DNA from: a virus
Taxonomy: Duplodnaviria > Caudoviricetes
Reading direction: 5' to 3' (one strand)
Virus record (IMG/VR): IMGVR_UViG_3300031775_000001
Location: 19,812-83,811 of that record
Length of the DNA: 64,000 bases
Every line of letters starts with the position of its first letter. Position 1 is the first letter of the stretch. The notes beneath the pieces were generated by a model. That model had not been told where the DNA came from and made no database searches. It saw nothing but the letters and a program-made list of their open reading frames with translations. The translations under genes were made by a program, and so were the position numbers. Shown one piece after another: positions 44,408 to 54,123 of the stretch.

Positions 44408-45421
44408 TCAACAAATCTCGTAAGAAACATCCTTTAGGTAATCAAGTGATTTCCCTCCGGCATAACTTATGGAAGACCTCAAGTCTTCTTCTATTTCATT
44501 TATTTTAGAAAGAAATGTCATACTTGAAACTGGTATGTTTTTCATTACCCCTTCTATATGTGAACTATCCCCTTTGTTGTGTACCGAAGCGGAACCGAAA
44601 TAAGCTTTATGCGGACAACCTTCGATAATAATAGTTTCCGCTGGGCTATCGAGACACTGCGCAAAAAGACTACCCGACATCACCATGTCAGCACCAGCAA
44701 CTAATGCCTTGGCTATATCTCCATTGCAAGAGACTCCACCATCTGCTATAATGGGAACTCTTGAAGGCAAATCAAAGTCATTTTTTATATTTCCAGTAGC
44801 AATAGATATGAAATCACCCGAAGATGTCATAGCTGAATGAGCGCAGTTCTTGACGCAACTAAACATAGGAATGGTAAATCCCGTCTTGTCTTTTGTTGTG
44901 CAAGGGCTACCCTGACCTATGCCTACTTTGATTGCATCTGCACCCCAAGAATATAAATCCCTAACGCCTTCTTGAGTTGCTACATTACCGGCAATAAGAA
45001 ATGATTCAGGAAGTTTTTCCTTTATGAATTCTATCATTTCCTTCATGGAAGAACTATGGCCATGTGCAATATCTATTGTAATATAGTCTATGCTTAGCCT
45101 AGAAGAAGCAGCATCTCTAATAAAATCAAAATCTTTGGGCTGAACGCCTATACTTATTGACACATATTTCCATTGGTTTCTCTCTGCATTCTCTATAAAT
45201 TTCCTAAGGTCAATCCCAAAGCGGTGCATTACGTAAAAGTAACCATTTTGGGATAATTTATAACATAAATCTTCATTAATTACAGACTTCATATTGGCGG
45301 GAATAATAGGACACTTAAAAGTCCTACCCCCCAATGAGACTGAAGTGTCACAATTGGATCTGCTTTCACAGTCCGAAAACTTCGGAACTAAACATACGTC
45401 TGAATATTTAAGCAATTTCAT
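44408..45421 (-). CDS. guaC: GMP reductase (IMPDH/GMPR family)
   Basis: PANM, IDIAHGHS, IAGNVAT, KVGIGQGSPCTT, IIADGG; no CBS domains. Confidence 0.88.
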   Translation of the reverse strand: MKLLKYSDVCLVPKFSDCESRSNCDTSVSLGGRTFKCPIIPANMKSVINEDLCYKLSQNGYFYVMHRFGIDLRKFIENAERNQWKYVSISIGVQPKDFDFIRDAASSRLSIDYITIDIAHGHSSSMKEMIEFIKEKLPESFLIAGNVATQEGVRDLYSWGADAIKVGIGQGSPCTTKDKTGFTIPMFSCVKNCAHSAMTSSGDFISIATGNIKNDFDLPSRVPIIADGGVSCNGDIAKALVAGADMVMSGSLFAQCLDSPAETIIIEGCPHKAYFGSASVHNKGDSSHIEGVMKNIPVSSMTFLSKINEIEEDLRSSISYAGGKSLDYLKDVSYEIC

Positions 45422-46166
45422 TTTGTTTTTCTAAAAAACTTTGGAAAGAAAAAGCCCTGCTTCCGCAGTGCTCTAAATTAGGTTTACTTAAGCTAATACT
45501 CCGGCCAAATTTCCGACTGCATATACATTTGTAAGTTTGAAATGCTTCGAAATCTGTTTTATTCCTATAGTAAATGCTCTTCGCTGTCTCTGTATTATAG
45601 TTGTTAGCCTTACAGAAGTCAATAATTTTCTTCTCTATTAAGGAGTCGAAAGGGAGATCATTATCCTCTATAAAAAAAGTAGGATTTAAAAAAGAGAAAT
45701 TGGGAACACAATTAGAAAATGTCAAATTGTTTTTAAAAATAAATGAATCATAAAAAGGGACGAACAAAAGTAAACTGTCTTCTTCCCAAAGTATTTTCAA
45801 GTTTTTAAAGTCTATTTTCCCAAACCCCTCCGCGAAAGCCTTGCTATATATCTTGGTTAAATTCTTATAACCCTCCGGGTTTTTGCAAAAAATTATCACC
45901 TTATGCTCATTGTTTGATTTTTCATTAAACATATCGTCGCATATTGAAAGGCGCAAACCGAAAATAAGCTGGATGCCTAGCAGCGAACTATTCTTTAGGG
46001 CTTCAAGGAAGCCCGTTAGGGAATCTTCGACCAAAACAACTTTGTCCAATTTATTTTCTACACAAATATCAAAAATACTATCCGCAGAAAGTGAATCTTC
46101 AGCTGGAGGGGATAAAGTTAAAATGCTCCTGCCTATTGAAAAGTGAGATTTAAATAAAGGTATCAT
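45408..46166 (-). CDS. dnaE: stand-alone DnaE N-terminal PHP domain
   Basis: LFKSHFSI..SIL, IFGLRL, HKVIIFCKNPEGYKNL; start trimmed to MIPLFK. Confidence 0.8.
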   Translation of the reverse strand: MIPLFKSHFSIGRSILTLSPPAEDSLSADSIFDICVENKLDKVVLVEDSLTGFLEALKNSSLLGIQLIFGLRLSICDDMFNEKSNNEHKVIIFCKNPEGYKNLTKIYSKAFAEGFGKIDFKNLKILWEEDSLLLFVPFYDSFIFKNNLTFSNCVPNFSFLNPTFFIEDNDLPFDSLIEKKIIDFCKANNYNTETAKSIYYRNKTDFEAFQTYKCICSRKFGRSISLSKPNLEHCGSRAFSFQSFLEKQNEIA

Positions 46167-46232
46167 ACTTGCGAATAAAACATGATAACATAAAAAAAAT
46201 ATAAACGTCAACATTAAAGTGTAACTACATAT

Positions 46233-46886
46233 ATGCCACACACAGCAGAATCGTTTTCATTCCTGCCTCCGGATAGAGGATTCCCCGTGTTTTTAGAGCC
46301 TGTTGATTCCCCTATCAATTGCTCAAAACTCACAGACCTTGACGAGAGGGTTAATGAATATTGGAATGCCGCAGAAATAAATCTTTCATTCGATATAGAT
46401 ATTACAACAGCCCCGGGAAATGTAGATTATGCAAATTCAGAAGTTTTGGGCTACGACGCCTTGAAATATTTTGCAGTTAAATCGAACTCTGATCTGCAGC
46501 CAGCAAAGCCAATTTTAGAAAGCGGTTCTTCTAGGGTGCCACCTAATAAGCCACAGTTTCCATCTTTAAATTCTAATTTGGTTGCCAACGAAATGAGGGT
46601 TCAATTTGCGGATGGATCAAGATTTGCAAACGGAGGAATGTTTATTTTTGAAGATGGTTTATATTATTCTATAACAATAAGCAAAGCTCCAGAATTTTTG
46701 ATAACATCAGACAAAAAAGTTGCTCAATATATGGTCTCTAACCAATCAGGTACATCGAGCTCATTTAATGTATCATATTCAGGCAAAAATGGAACCAAGA
46801 CATTTTCTTGGTACTTAGTATCTAAGAATTTATGGTCATTCCAAGTTAACTCCGCAACAATGAGCGTGGAGTATTTTACTTATTGA
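46233..46886 (+). CDS. hypothetical protein, probably virion-related
   Basis: 217-aa plus-strand ORF preceded by AGTGTAA motif. Confidence 0.7.
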   Translation: MPHTAESFSFLPPDRGFPVFLEPVDSPINCSKLTDLDERVNEYWNAAEINLSFDIDITTAPGNVDYANSEVLGYDALKYFAVKSNSDLQPAKPILESGSSRVPPNKPQFPSLNSNLVANEMRVQFADGSRFANGGMFIFEDGLYYSITISKAPEFLITSDKKVAQYMVSNQSGTSSSFNVSYSGKNGTKTFSWYLVSKNLWSFQVNSATMSVEYFTY

Positions 46887-46887
46887 A

Positions 46888-48960
46888 TTACCACTCTTTT
46901 TTGAGCGAACAATTTACTGTTGTGGATTGGTATTGAAGATCCTTACCTTCCCTGAATACTATTGGAGAAGCACTAGCATCGAAATCGGTACCTGTACTGC
47001 CCCCAGCAACTACAAAAGAATTTAACCCTGCATTCGCAAGAAGAGTCATTATTTGGTCCGTATTATAGGATGATGCATTTCCGGAGAGTTCGATAGTAAT
47101 GTTCGAGCCTCCGTTATCGTAAGCCATATCTGAATCAGTGTTTTCTGTTACCGATATGCTTAGGCTAGAGCCTTGCGTCCCCGGCAGAGAATCTTTTTTA
47201 GCGGTAAAATAAATATCTTGAAATAAATATTGATATTCTAAAGTCCCGTACATTCCGTACATTCCTTGGGTTGTCTCCATTGATGCCGTATTAAGGCTCG
47301 TGGAATCCCACGTAAGAGAACTGGGGTCACTTTCCCAATCAATGTTTAAATGATCCACGGAAAAAGGGTCGCCCCCGGAAGTAACGGCTGGACTATCAAC
47401 ACTGAATCCTCCAACTGAAATATTGAAAGACCACGATTTGCCGTCTGAATTCGGGCACCCTTCCCATTCTAGTTTACTCCCATTTAGGTTTCCACCATCA
47501 CCACAGTAAAAACCTCCTTGAACATTCGTAAAATTATCATCCCATAATAAAACCCCTTCAGCATAACCATTGTATAAAACAGAACCTAAATTAGTAGAAT
47601 GCTGAGTCCCTTCAGAATCAAAATCACTTGCTGTTTCGAAAGTGATCCAAGCTCCTGGGTTATGAAGATCATCAGCATCTAGTTGGGCTGAGATTTGGCA
47701 AATGCAATTAAGATAATTGCTAGATCCCATATAATCGCCATTGTTCTCGTAAGCGGCATAGTCCGCAAGATGATAGCAGTCATCGGAAAGAGGGGGGTCC
47801 GCAGGAGAACTGTTGATTGTCCAAGACGGGGAACTCAAAGAATATTGAGAGCTTCCATTCCCGTAAGAAATCGTATCATCAATATTAAAACTATTCCCGG
47901 CAAAATTAGAGTATGCCGGACTAACAAATGAGGTGACTTGACCAACACTATTTCCATCATAATTGAGAGTTAAGTCTCCCCAGAAGAAAATCCAATATCC
48001 CAAATCATTGGAATTACTACCATCTGATTTTTCTGATGTTCCATTTCTATTAAAAGAAAAAGAAACTGGATCATCATCGATGAACCAAGGAGCATTGGGA
48101 TAATCTCTAGCCCTAGACCCAAAATCCAAAATATAAGAACAAGGTGTCATACTGTCGGGGTGCCCAAAGTCTCCACTAATAGATAACTGCCTCCATAAAT
48201 AAAAATCAGAACTAAAAGTTGATCCAAAACTATCTGTTTGTCCAGCCGTAAAATCCAAATAAGCCGTCTCTTGTCCAGGCAAAGACTGTGCATAACCATC
48301 TTTATGAAATAATTCAGATGTATAACATTCGCATTGCGAGCAAGATTGGAAAGGTCCTCCTATTACATATACGTTATAATTTGGATCCGGCCAAGTCCCC
48401 CCATCTCCATCTGAAGCCCCCGGAGAAAACGAAGGAATATTCTCCTTCCATTCTACACATCCTTGGAATATATCCTTCTCGAAATGCAGCGGGGAAGTAT
48501 GCCACGTCGGAGGAGTTATTATCTCGTCCCTAAGGCTTTTGTGATGCCTCTGCCACGTCTCGCCAATAGGAGGGTCGTTCCAACTGGAAGGCCCTGGCGG
48601 ATAATTAGCCTCTAAAATACCACTAGCCCAAGGCCTATCATGTCTGTGCTCGATTGCAACTGCACTAAACTGTCCTTGCGGTCCGAACTGATTATCATCC
48701 CCATAATAGGAGTAACCCCATGCTGTGTGATTCGTATCTGTGCATGAGGCGTCTCTGAGTAATTGGGCATCTGGCCAAACAACGGGATACCCAGCGATTG
48801 CCGAAGCATAGCTATCAACCATCTTATCATAACAAACCTCAAATTTCTGAGCTTCATCCGGGAGATAAGTTAAATTAACTCCTCCGGGATCATTTTGAGA
48901 CTTTAAAATTAAATGAGGAGTGTAATTATATAATGCGTTGCCTGAATTAATGACAGTCAT
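46888..48960 (-). CDS. large acidic Ser/Gly/Asp-rich protein, probably a virion/tail component
   Basis: 690 aa, beta-rich composition; GTGTAA motif upstream. Confidence 0.65.
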   Translation of the reverse strand: MTVINSGNALYNYTPHLILKSQNDPGGVNLTYLPDEAQKFEVCYDKMVDSYASAIAGYPVVWPDAQLLRDASCTDTNHTAWGYSYYGDDNQFGPQGQFSAVAIEHRHDRPWASGILEANYPPGPSSWNDPPIGETWQRHHKSLRDEIITPPTWHTSPLHFEKDIFQGCVEWKENIPSFSPGASDGDGGTWPDPNYNVYVIGGPFQSCSQCECYTSELFHKDGYAQSLPGQETAYLDFTAGQTDSFGSTFSSDFYLWRQLSISGDFGHPDSMTPCSYILDFGSRARDYPNAPWFIDDDPVSFSFNRNGTSEKSDGSNSNDLGYWIFFWGDLTLNYDGNSVGQVTSFVSPAYSNFAGNSFNIDDTISYGNGSSQYSLSSPSWTINSSPADPPLSDDCYHLADYAAYENNGDYMGSSNYLNCICQISAQLDADDLHNPGAWITFETASDFDSEGTQHSTNLGSVLYNGYAEGVLLWDDNFTNVQGGFYCGDGGNLNGSKLEWEGCPNSDGKSWSFNISVGGFSVDSPAVTSGGDPFSVDHLNIDWESDPSSLTWDSTSLNTASMETTQGMYGMYGTLEYQYLFQDIYFTAKKDSLPGTQGSSLSISVTENTDSDMAYDNGGSNITIELSGNASSYNTDQIMTLLANAGLNSFVVAGGSTGTDFDASASPIVFREGKDLQYQSTTVNCSLKKEW

Positions 48961-48970
48961 GATATATTTG

Positions 48971-50056
48971 TTACACTAAATCAAACACATCTCGCTCTAA
49001 TTTCGACATCCAATAAGGACAACCCTCATAATACCTCTCCTCTGAAGACTCTCCGTCTTTAATATTTAGCTCATCCTTTGAGTATGCGGACCTCTTTACT
49101 TTATTATCTTTTCCAAGAATAACCCAGTATTTGAAGGGCAATCTGTATTGACATATATACGCAGGAACCTTGTCTCCTTTTTTGTCTAAGACAAATTCTC
49201 CTTTGGATTTTTTATAGCCTTCCCTCCCGCATTGAAGGCGACCTCCGAAGGTTCCGTCCTTAGGGTAACCTCTATTGTCAGCATGTTGTTCTGCCGCATA
49301 ATTACTTTTCCCGGCCTCTTCATCAAAGCTTTCTAGATAGGATTGATACATCGTCAATTGATGCTCGAATCCCTCTAGTTCATCATCAGAAAGAGATTCC
49401 ATTTGAACTATACCTTTCCCTGGCTCATCAAATAAATTTTTCCCAAGATCAAATTTTAAAAATATAAATTCTGCTTTTCTATTCTTATATTTAGAGTATA
49501 TATGTTTAACCGCGAGACAATACATCAAGTCTTGCATATTGTCTTCTATTTCTTTGCCCTTGAATACCTGCTTGCTTGACTTGAAGTCCCTAATAATTGC
49601 TTTTCGTTTTTTTGAATAAAGAAATAATTTATCAATAAATCCTCTTATCCTGTATCTTTTTTCTCCATCATCCACTTTGATATCAAATGATTTTTCCGAA
49701 ATAGCTTCGGTGGGTTTGCCCTCATCTTCCCCGAAGAAATCATAAAGTAATCCGCTAACTATCATGGAATCCATGTCTTCAAAGTCTTCTCTTTCTGTTA
49801 CGCCAAGCTTTTTTGCGTAAGTATTAACTAAACGCTCCACCGCTCCAGAGCAAGAAACCTCCCCTCCCTTAGTAATGAGATTAAAGTGCTTTTTATGTCT
49901 TTTGTTCCCGAGTAATTCAAAAACATTATGACAAATAGTACCCTTCTTCGCCCCAAGATTGCTTTTATCCGGTAACCCCAGTTTATATTTGCACCAATAA
50001 ACCCAGCTGCATTGCTGTGCTGTTTTAATTCTACTAGCTGATAGCGCGATATCCAT
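48971..50056 (-). CDS. PD-(D/E)XK RecB/Cas4-like exonuclease
   Basis: SASRI..C, GTICH..FE, RGFIDKL, IRDFKSSK, Y..AV, C-terminal Cys. Confidence 0.8.
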   Translation of the reverse strand: MDIALSASRIKTAQQCSWVYWCKYKLGLPDKSNLGAKKGTICHNVFELLGNKRHKKHFNLITKGGEVSCSGAVERLVNTYAKKLGVTEREDFEDMDSMIVSGLLYDFFGEDEGKPTEAISEKSFDIKVDDGEKRYRIRGFIDKLFLYSKKRKAIIRDFKSSKQVFKGKEIEDNMQDLMYCLAVKHIYSKYKNRKAEFIFLKFDLGKNLFDEPGKGIVQMESLSDDELEGFEHQLTMYQSYLESFDEEAGKSNYAAEQHADNRGYPKDGTFGGRLQCGREGYKKSKGEFVLDKKGDKVPAYICQYRLPFKYWVILGKDNKVKRSAYSKDELNIKDGESSEERYYEGCPYWMSKLERDVFDLV

Positions 50057-50058
50057 AA

Positions 50059-51153
50059 TCAAGATATAAATTTTCTTAACCTATTAACTTTTGACTTATA
50101 AGAAGCAGGGAGAAAACCTGACTTAAGCAAAAGATCCGAAGACTCAAGTATTTTTTCTTGTTGTTTTTTCTGATCAATCTCAATCCGTTTTTCTTGCCAT
50201 TCCTTAAAATCAGATTCATCCATGTCTCCGAAATCATTTTTAACAGGGAGGCAAATACTTAACTTATTAACATCAAACCCTCCTATTAATTTTAAATAAT
50301 TTTTTATGGACGCTCTTAATCCTGTGTTTTCTTCCTTGGAGTCATCGTTGTTGAGCGAAAGAATGATGTTGTTAACGTTAAGGGAAACCAAAGAACAAAT
50401 AAGAGAAGGAGATACCTCAAGGCCAAATATTACCAATACATTTCGAATGCCAGCCTCATGAAATCTCAACATATCTCCTAGACTTTCAACCAAAATTACT
50501 TCTCCTGCGGATTCTATTGCATCTTTAACTGGAAATTCTCCATCTTTTTCTGAATAAAGAGGGTAAATCCATTTGCTTTTAACGCCTATATGTTTCCATT
50601 TTGGACGATTGCCGGAGGAATTGTCGGTCATATCTCTGCCTGAGAACCCATGTATCTCCCCGTCTTCGTTGAAGATCGGGAATACATACCTTTGGTACAT
50701 CTGTCCAGCAGTCGCCATTCCCCCGTCGAAGAAACGAAGGGTTTCTGAACTAACCCCCTTCTCATTGTAAAACTTATCATGAGGAAGCAGTTTGCTTAAA
50801 TATGATTTGGGATATATTTTTTCCATTTCTAATTTCTTAACCTGCTCCGTAAAGAAAGACGACTCTCCTGAAGAGTATTTTTTAATAAATTTTGAAATTT
50901 CATTAGAATCGTTTGTTTTTAAACTGGCGGAAATCAGCTTCTCGAAAGGAAGAAATGGGGTCTGAGCAACATAATCCCTCCAGCATCCTGTATCTTTATA
51001 GATATGCAAAGAGGTTTGGTTGTCCCCACCTCTATATACCGCCGAAGTTCTCCAGTATCTACCATTGTCATTGAGTTTGTAGCCTAAAGACTGAAGAATC
51101 TCTTTGATTTCCTCAGTTGTTATCTCTGAATAAGTCTGGTACGTCGTCGTCAT
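50059..51153 (-). CDS. dnaG: DNA primase (DnaG-type TOPRIM)
   Basis: RYVFPI..G.I.GFSGR, KWKH, LYP, ILVESLGD; start trimmed to MTTTYQ. Confidence 0.8.
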   Translation of the reverse strand: MTTTYQTYSEITTEEIKEILQSLGYKLNDNGRYWRTSAVYRGGDNQTSLHIYKDTGCWRDYVAQTPFLPFEKLISASLKTNDSNEISKFIKKYSSGESSFFTEQVKKLEMEKIYPKSYLSKLLPHDKFYNEKGVSSETLRFFDGGMATAGQMYQRYVFPIFNEDGEIHGFSGRDMTDNSSGNRPKWKHIGVKSKWIYPLYSEKDGEFPVKDAIESAGEVILVESLGDMLRFHEAGIRNVLVIFGLEVSPSLICSLVSLNVNNIILSLNNDDSKEENTGLRASIKNYLKLIGGFDVNKLSICLPVKNDFGDMDESDFKEWQEKRIEIDQKKQQEKILESSDLLLKSGFLPASYKSKVNRLRKFIS

Positions 51154-52642
51154 GGTCTGTCTCTGGGTGATGGTCTCCAACTCCACGGTGAACCAATAAA
51201 TCCCGAAGGTCGCCTGTTTCAGTGATCCCGAAATTACTAAAATCCAAATTAATAAAATTTTTCTTCAAAGAGCCATCTTCCATTCTAATGGGCTGAATAG
51301 CTCCATCAATATCTTGACCTAAATGCCTCGCCTTTACATTTATTAATTTATGAGAACCAAAATTATTATCTTCCACTAATTCCTCAGTGACTTTTTGCCT
51401 TAGGATAAACATATGAGAACAGAACTGGGTTATTCTGTCTGAAAGCGACACTATGCTCTCGTCATCTACCACATTACTGGAATTCCTATTGTTTGTTATT
51501 CCATATCTGTTGCTCTGCACACTTGTAATCATGGAGACAGTCGGACCATTGTCAAAAGAAAGCTCTTTTTGTATTAACCTTTTGAACTTATCCACCATTT
51601 CCCCTACTATTTGCCACTCCCCTTTGGAAGAAGCAGCCTTCTCCGAAGTGGTTTTAATATAATCAAAGCTAAATATCATGGGATTTCCCCTCCCCACCTT
51701 GGAATAATAAAAACGACGAATCGAATTTGCCATAGAATCCACTGTATCTCCCCCGCAATTGTAATAATGGAGGTTCATATCACGAACCTTAGGCCAAACG
51801 CCTCTGACGCGCTTGCACACCTCTTTACCGGCATTTCTCCAGTTTCCTGTTTCAATTAGGTGCATGGGAACGCGACTTAAGGACGCACATTGACGACACA
51901 TCAAGTCCTCTTTGCTCATTTCTCCGTTATCAAAGTGAAGAATAGGAACATTTTTATGTTTTTGAGAGACTTTTGTTGCGAAATCCAAGCAAAATGTAGT
52001 CTTACCTACTCCTGATCTAGCAACAATGACAGTTATGTCTCCGGGCCTCAATAGAGAACCGTAAATTTGATGAAGTCTATCATGAGGGCCCTCATACCCA
52101 AAATCAGAAATAGGATTATTGCCTCTCTCTTCTACGAATTCCTCCATGGTCTCAAAAAGATTTTCAGGAACGTTGTCGGAAGAGTCGTAAAGACTTATTT
52201 GTTCGTTGTATAATTTATCCGCCTCCGAAACTATAGTTTCATAACTAGAATCGGCATTCATGTTTTTCATTTTTTTAGAAACTGTTTGACAAGTTTCAGA
52301 TATTTCCCTTCTAACAGTAATCTTCTTTAATTCTTTTGCAGATTTAATAACACTCTCAGGAGTTGTCGTCCTCATAGAAAGGGCTTTGAGGTAATCCGAT
52401 ACGTTTATATTATCTTCAAAAGATATGCCGAGAGAATTAATTCGCTCAGATAAAATCACATGATCTATACCATCGCAGGACTCAAGAGCGTTTCTTAATA
52501 AACAGAATATCGTTTGATGGACACTAGTTCCATCTGAATAAAAGTCATTTTCCCCAATAAACGGAGCTATCTCCGGGTATTTTTCTTGATGTTTTAGTAA
52601 TGAAGCTAAGAAATGCTGTTCTAATTCGTAATTGAAAATCAT
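51113..52642 (-). CDS. dnaB: replicative DNA helicase
   Basis: N-terminal ELEQHFLASL, ARSGVGKT, FDNGEMS, FDYIK, SVQSNR. Confidence 0.9.
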   Translation of the reverse strand: MIFNYELEQHFLASLLKHQEKYPEIAPFIGENDFYSDGTSVHQTIFCLLRNALESCDGIDHVILSERINSLGISFEDNINVSDYLKALSMRTTTPESVIKSAKELKKITVRREISETCQTVSKKMKNMNADSSYETIVSEADKLYNEQISLYDSSDNVPENLFETMEEFVEERGNNPISDFGYEGPHDRLHQIYGSLLRPGDITVIVARSGVGKTTFCLDFATKVSQKHKNVPILHFDNGEMSKEDLMCRQCASLSRVPMHLIETGNWRNAGKEVCKRVRGVWPKVRDMNLHYYNCGGDTVDSMANSIRRFYYSKVGRGNPMIFSFDYIKTTSEKAASSKGEWQIVGEMVDKFKRLIQKELSFDNGPTVSMITSVQSNRYGITNNRNSSNVVDDESIVSLSDRITQFCSHMFILRQKVTEELVEDNNFGSHKLINVKARHLGQDIDGAIQPIRMEDGSLKKNFINLDFSNFGITETGDLRDLLVHRGVGDHHPETDHDDDVPDLFRDNN

Positions 52643-52686
52643 TATTTACTATGAAAACAGAAACAAGCGGAAAGGTCAAGTTTTTA

Positions 52687-52956
52687 TTACTCGATTTCGT
52701 CCAGCCCATCCATGTTGTTCATAGAATTTTCCTGCTCTTCAATCTGTACGAGGTATTTCTCCAAAGCCTTTCTTAATCCCATGTCAACTATTTGACTACT
52801 ACTATTATTGAAGACCAAAGCTCTCCCCGAATCATCAACGAAGCTTAATATAAATCCTTTTCCAATGTCTTCTCCCCCTGTGAATTCATAAAGTTGATTC
52901 AAGAAGGTCTCCGGTATCGTAAAATCAGGAAGATTGTCTGGATCGAATTCTTTCAT
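52687..52956 (-). CDS. small acidic hypothetical protein
   Basis: ORF preceded by AGTGTAA motif. Confidence 0.7.
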   Translation of the reverse strand: MKEFDPDNLPDFTIPETFLNQLYEFTGGEDIGKGFILSFVDDSGRALVFNNSSSQIVDMGLRKALEKYLVQIEEQENSMNNMDGLDEIE

Positions 52957-52972
52957 GCTTTGTATTACACTA

Positions 52973-53383
52973 TTATATGTCCATTCCTAGTTTTTTAAAC
53001 AAATCTTTAGTTAAATTATCCCCCTCTAGTATCTCCACCAGCAAAACATCATTCATCTCACAATATTTCTTCTTGTCTAAGTCCCGCTTAACCTGATTTA
53101 AATAACCCATCTTTCTCTTGCCGTGGAAGTAAGGGACGTATTTATGGTGCTGTCTCCCTTGAACTTCTACCGCTATTTTCTTGGTGGCGTTATAGAAATC
53201 CAAGGTCATCTTCGTGCCTGCCACGGGAAACTCCTCGAAGACGGCATGGTTTTTCCAATATGAATACAGAAAATCCTTTGCGTTTTTCTGGAGAATGCTT
53301 CTGCTGGGCTTCTCCCAGTCTATTAAATACTTATTTACCTTGGGGATTCTTCTCTTCGCTCCCCAAATTGTAATAAACTGCAT
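52973..53383 (-). CDS. Vsr/DUF559-like endonuclease
   Basis: EEFPV, LDFY, AVEVQGRQH, D..KK.YC..N. Confidence 0.8.
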   Translation of the reverse strand: MQFITIWGAKRRIPKVNKYLIDWEKPSRSILQKNAKDFLYSYWKNHAVFEEFPVAGTKMTLDFYNATKKIAVEVQGRQHHKYVPYFHGKRKMGYLNQVKRDLDKKKYCEMNDVLLVEILEGDNLTKDLFKKLGMDI

Positions 53384-53427
53384 ATGGTTATATTAAAAAA
53401 CCAAGTAAATATTTCAAAATATTAATC

Positions 53428-54120
53428 CTAAATAGCTGTGCCTTCTATAAAAAAACCATCATGAGGCAATTCTAACGGAAAATTAATACCATTAATTACG
53501 TTATAGTCCGCTTCAACCGCAACTCCAAGATTGTTAACATTAAGGGTTCGCAAATCAAGATTAAACACCTTAATGGAATCAACGCCGTATTCTTTACCCC
53601 CTCCTTGGTATATATACCAAGAGTGAGCGGTTACATATGTATTATTTGTGTTATTATTGAACATACCCTCATAGGTTCCGTCATAAACTCCGACTTTAGT
53701 ATTTGGAGGCAAAATGATAGTTGTGTAATGCCTGCCTTCATTTATTTGCCTATTGACAAACTCGACATTCTCTATGACATATGTATTATTTGTTACATTC
53801 TTGAACTCCAAAGGAGAACCATTTTGAGGGAAATTATTATGAGCGGTGGGCTGTATTAAATCAGCCGGATCCGGCAATGAATGCCCAGCATTATTTATAT
53901 GCGTATGGGTCCAGTTATTCCCACTACCACCAGAATTAAAATCCACCCTTCCCAAGAATTCTCCTGCTCCGGTAGAGGAGCCGCCACCGGAGAGCCCCGA
54001 AGAAAGATCAGACCACAATATCTTCTTTGTCTTGTCATCGGCGGCATCCACCACCAAGTAATCCCCGGCGTCCATTGAGGTCGCCGTGTCGGAAAGATCT
54101 TTTATGCGTTTATTGGCCAT
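53428..54120 (-). CDS. fibre/virion protein with KISDL-type N-terminal module
   Basis: MANKRIKDL...D...V...TKKI..SDL. Confidence 0.6.
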   Translation of the reverse strand: MANKRIKDLSDTATSMDAGDYLVVDAADDKTKKILWSDLSSGLSGGGSSTGAGEFLGRVDFNSGGSGNNWTHTHINNAGHSLPDPADLIQPTAHNNFPQNGSPLEFKNVTNNTYVIENVEFVNRQINEGRHYTTIILPPNTKVGVYDGTYEGMFNNNTNNTYVTAHSWYIYQGGGKEYGVDSIKVFNLDLRTLNVNNLGVAVEADYNVINGINFPLELPHDGFFIEGTAI

Positions 54121-54123
54121 TTG

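Noticed and set aside
40709-46166. Split intein joining the DnaE halves
   Set aside because: No C-L/F-type intein N-terminus and no HN-C/S/T C-terminus in either ORF.
48920-48936. Plus-strand GTGTAATTATATAATG matching the promoter motif
   Set aside because: Lies antisense within a coding region and opens only a 5-codon ORF; a chance copy is expected.
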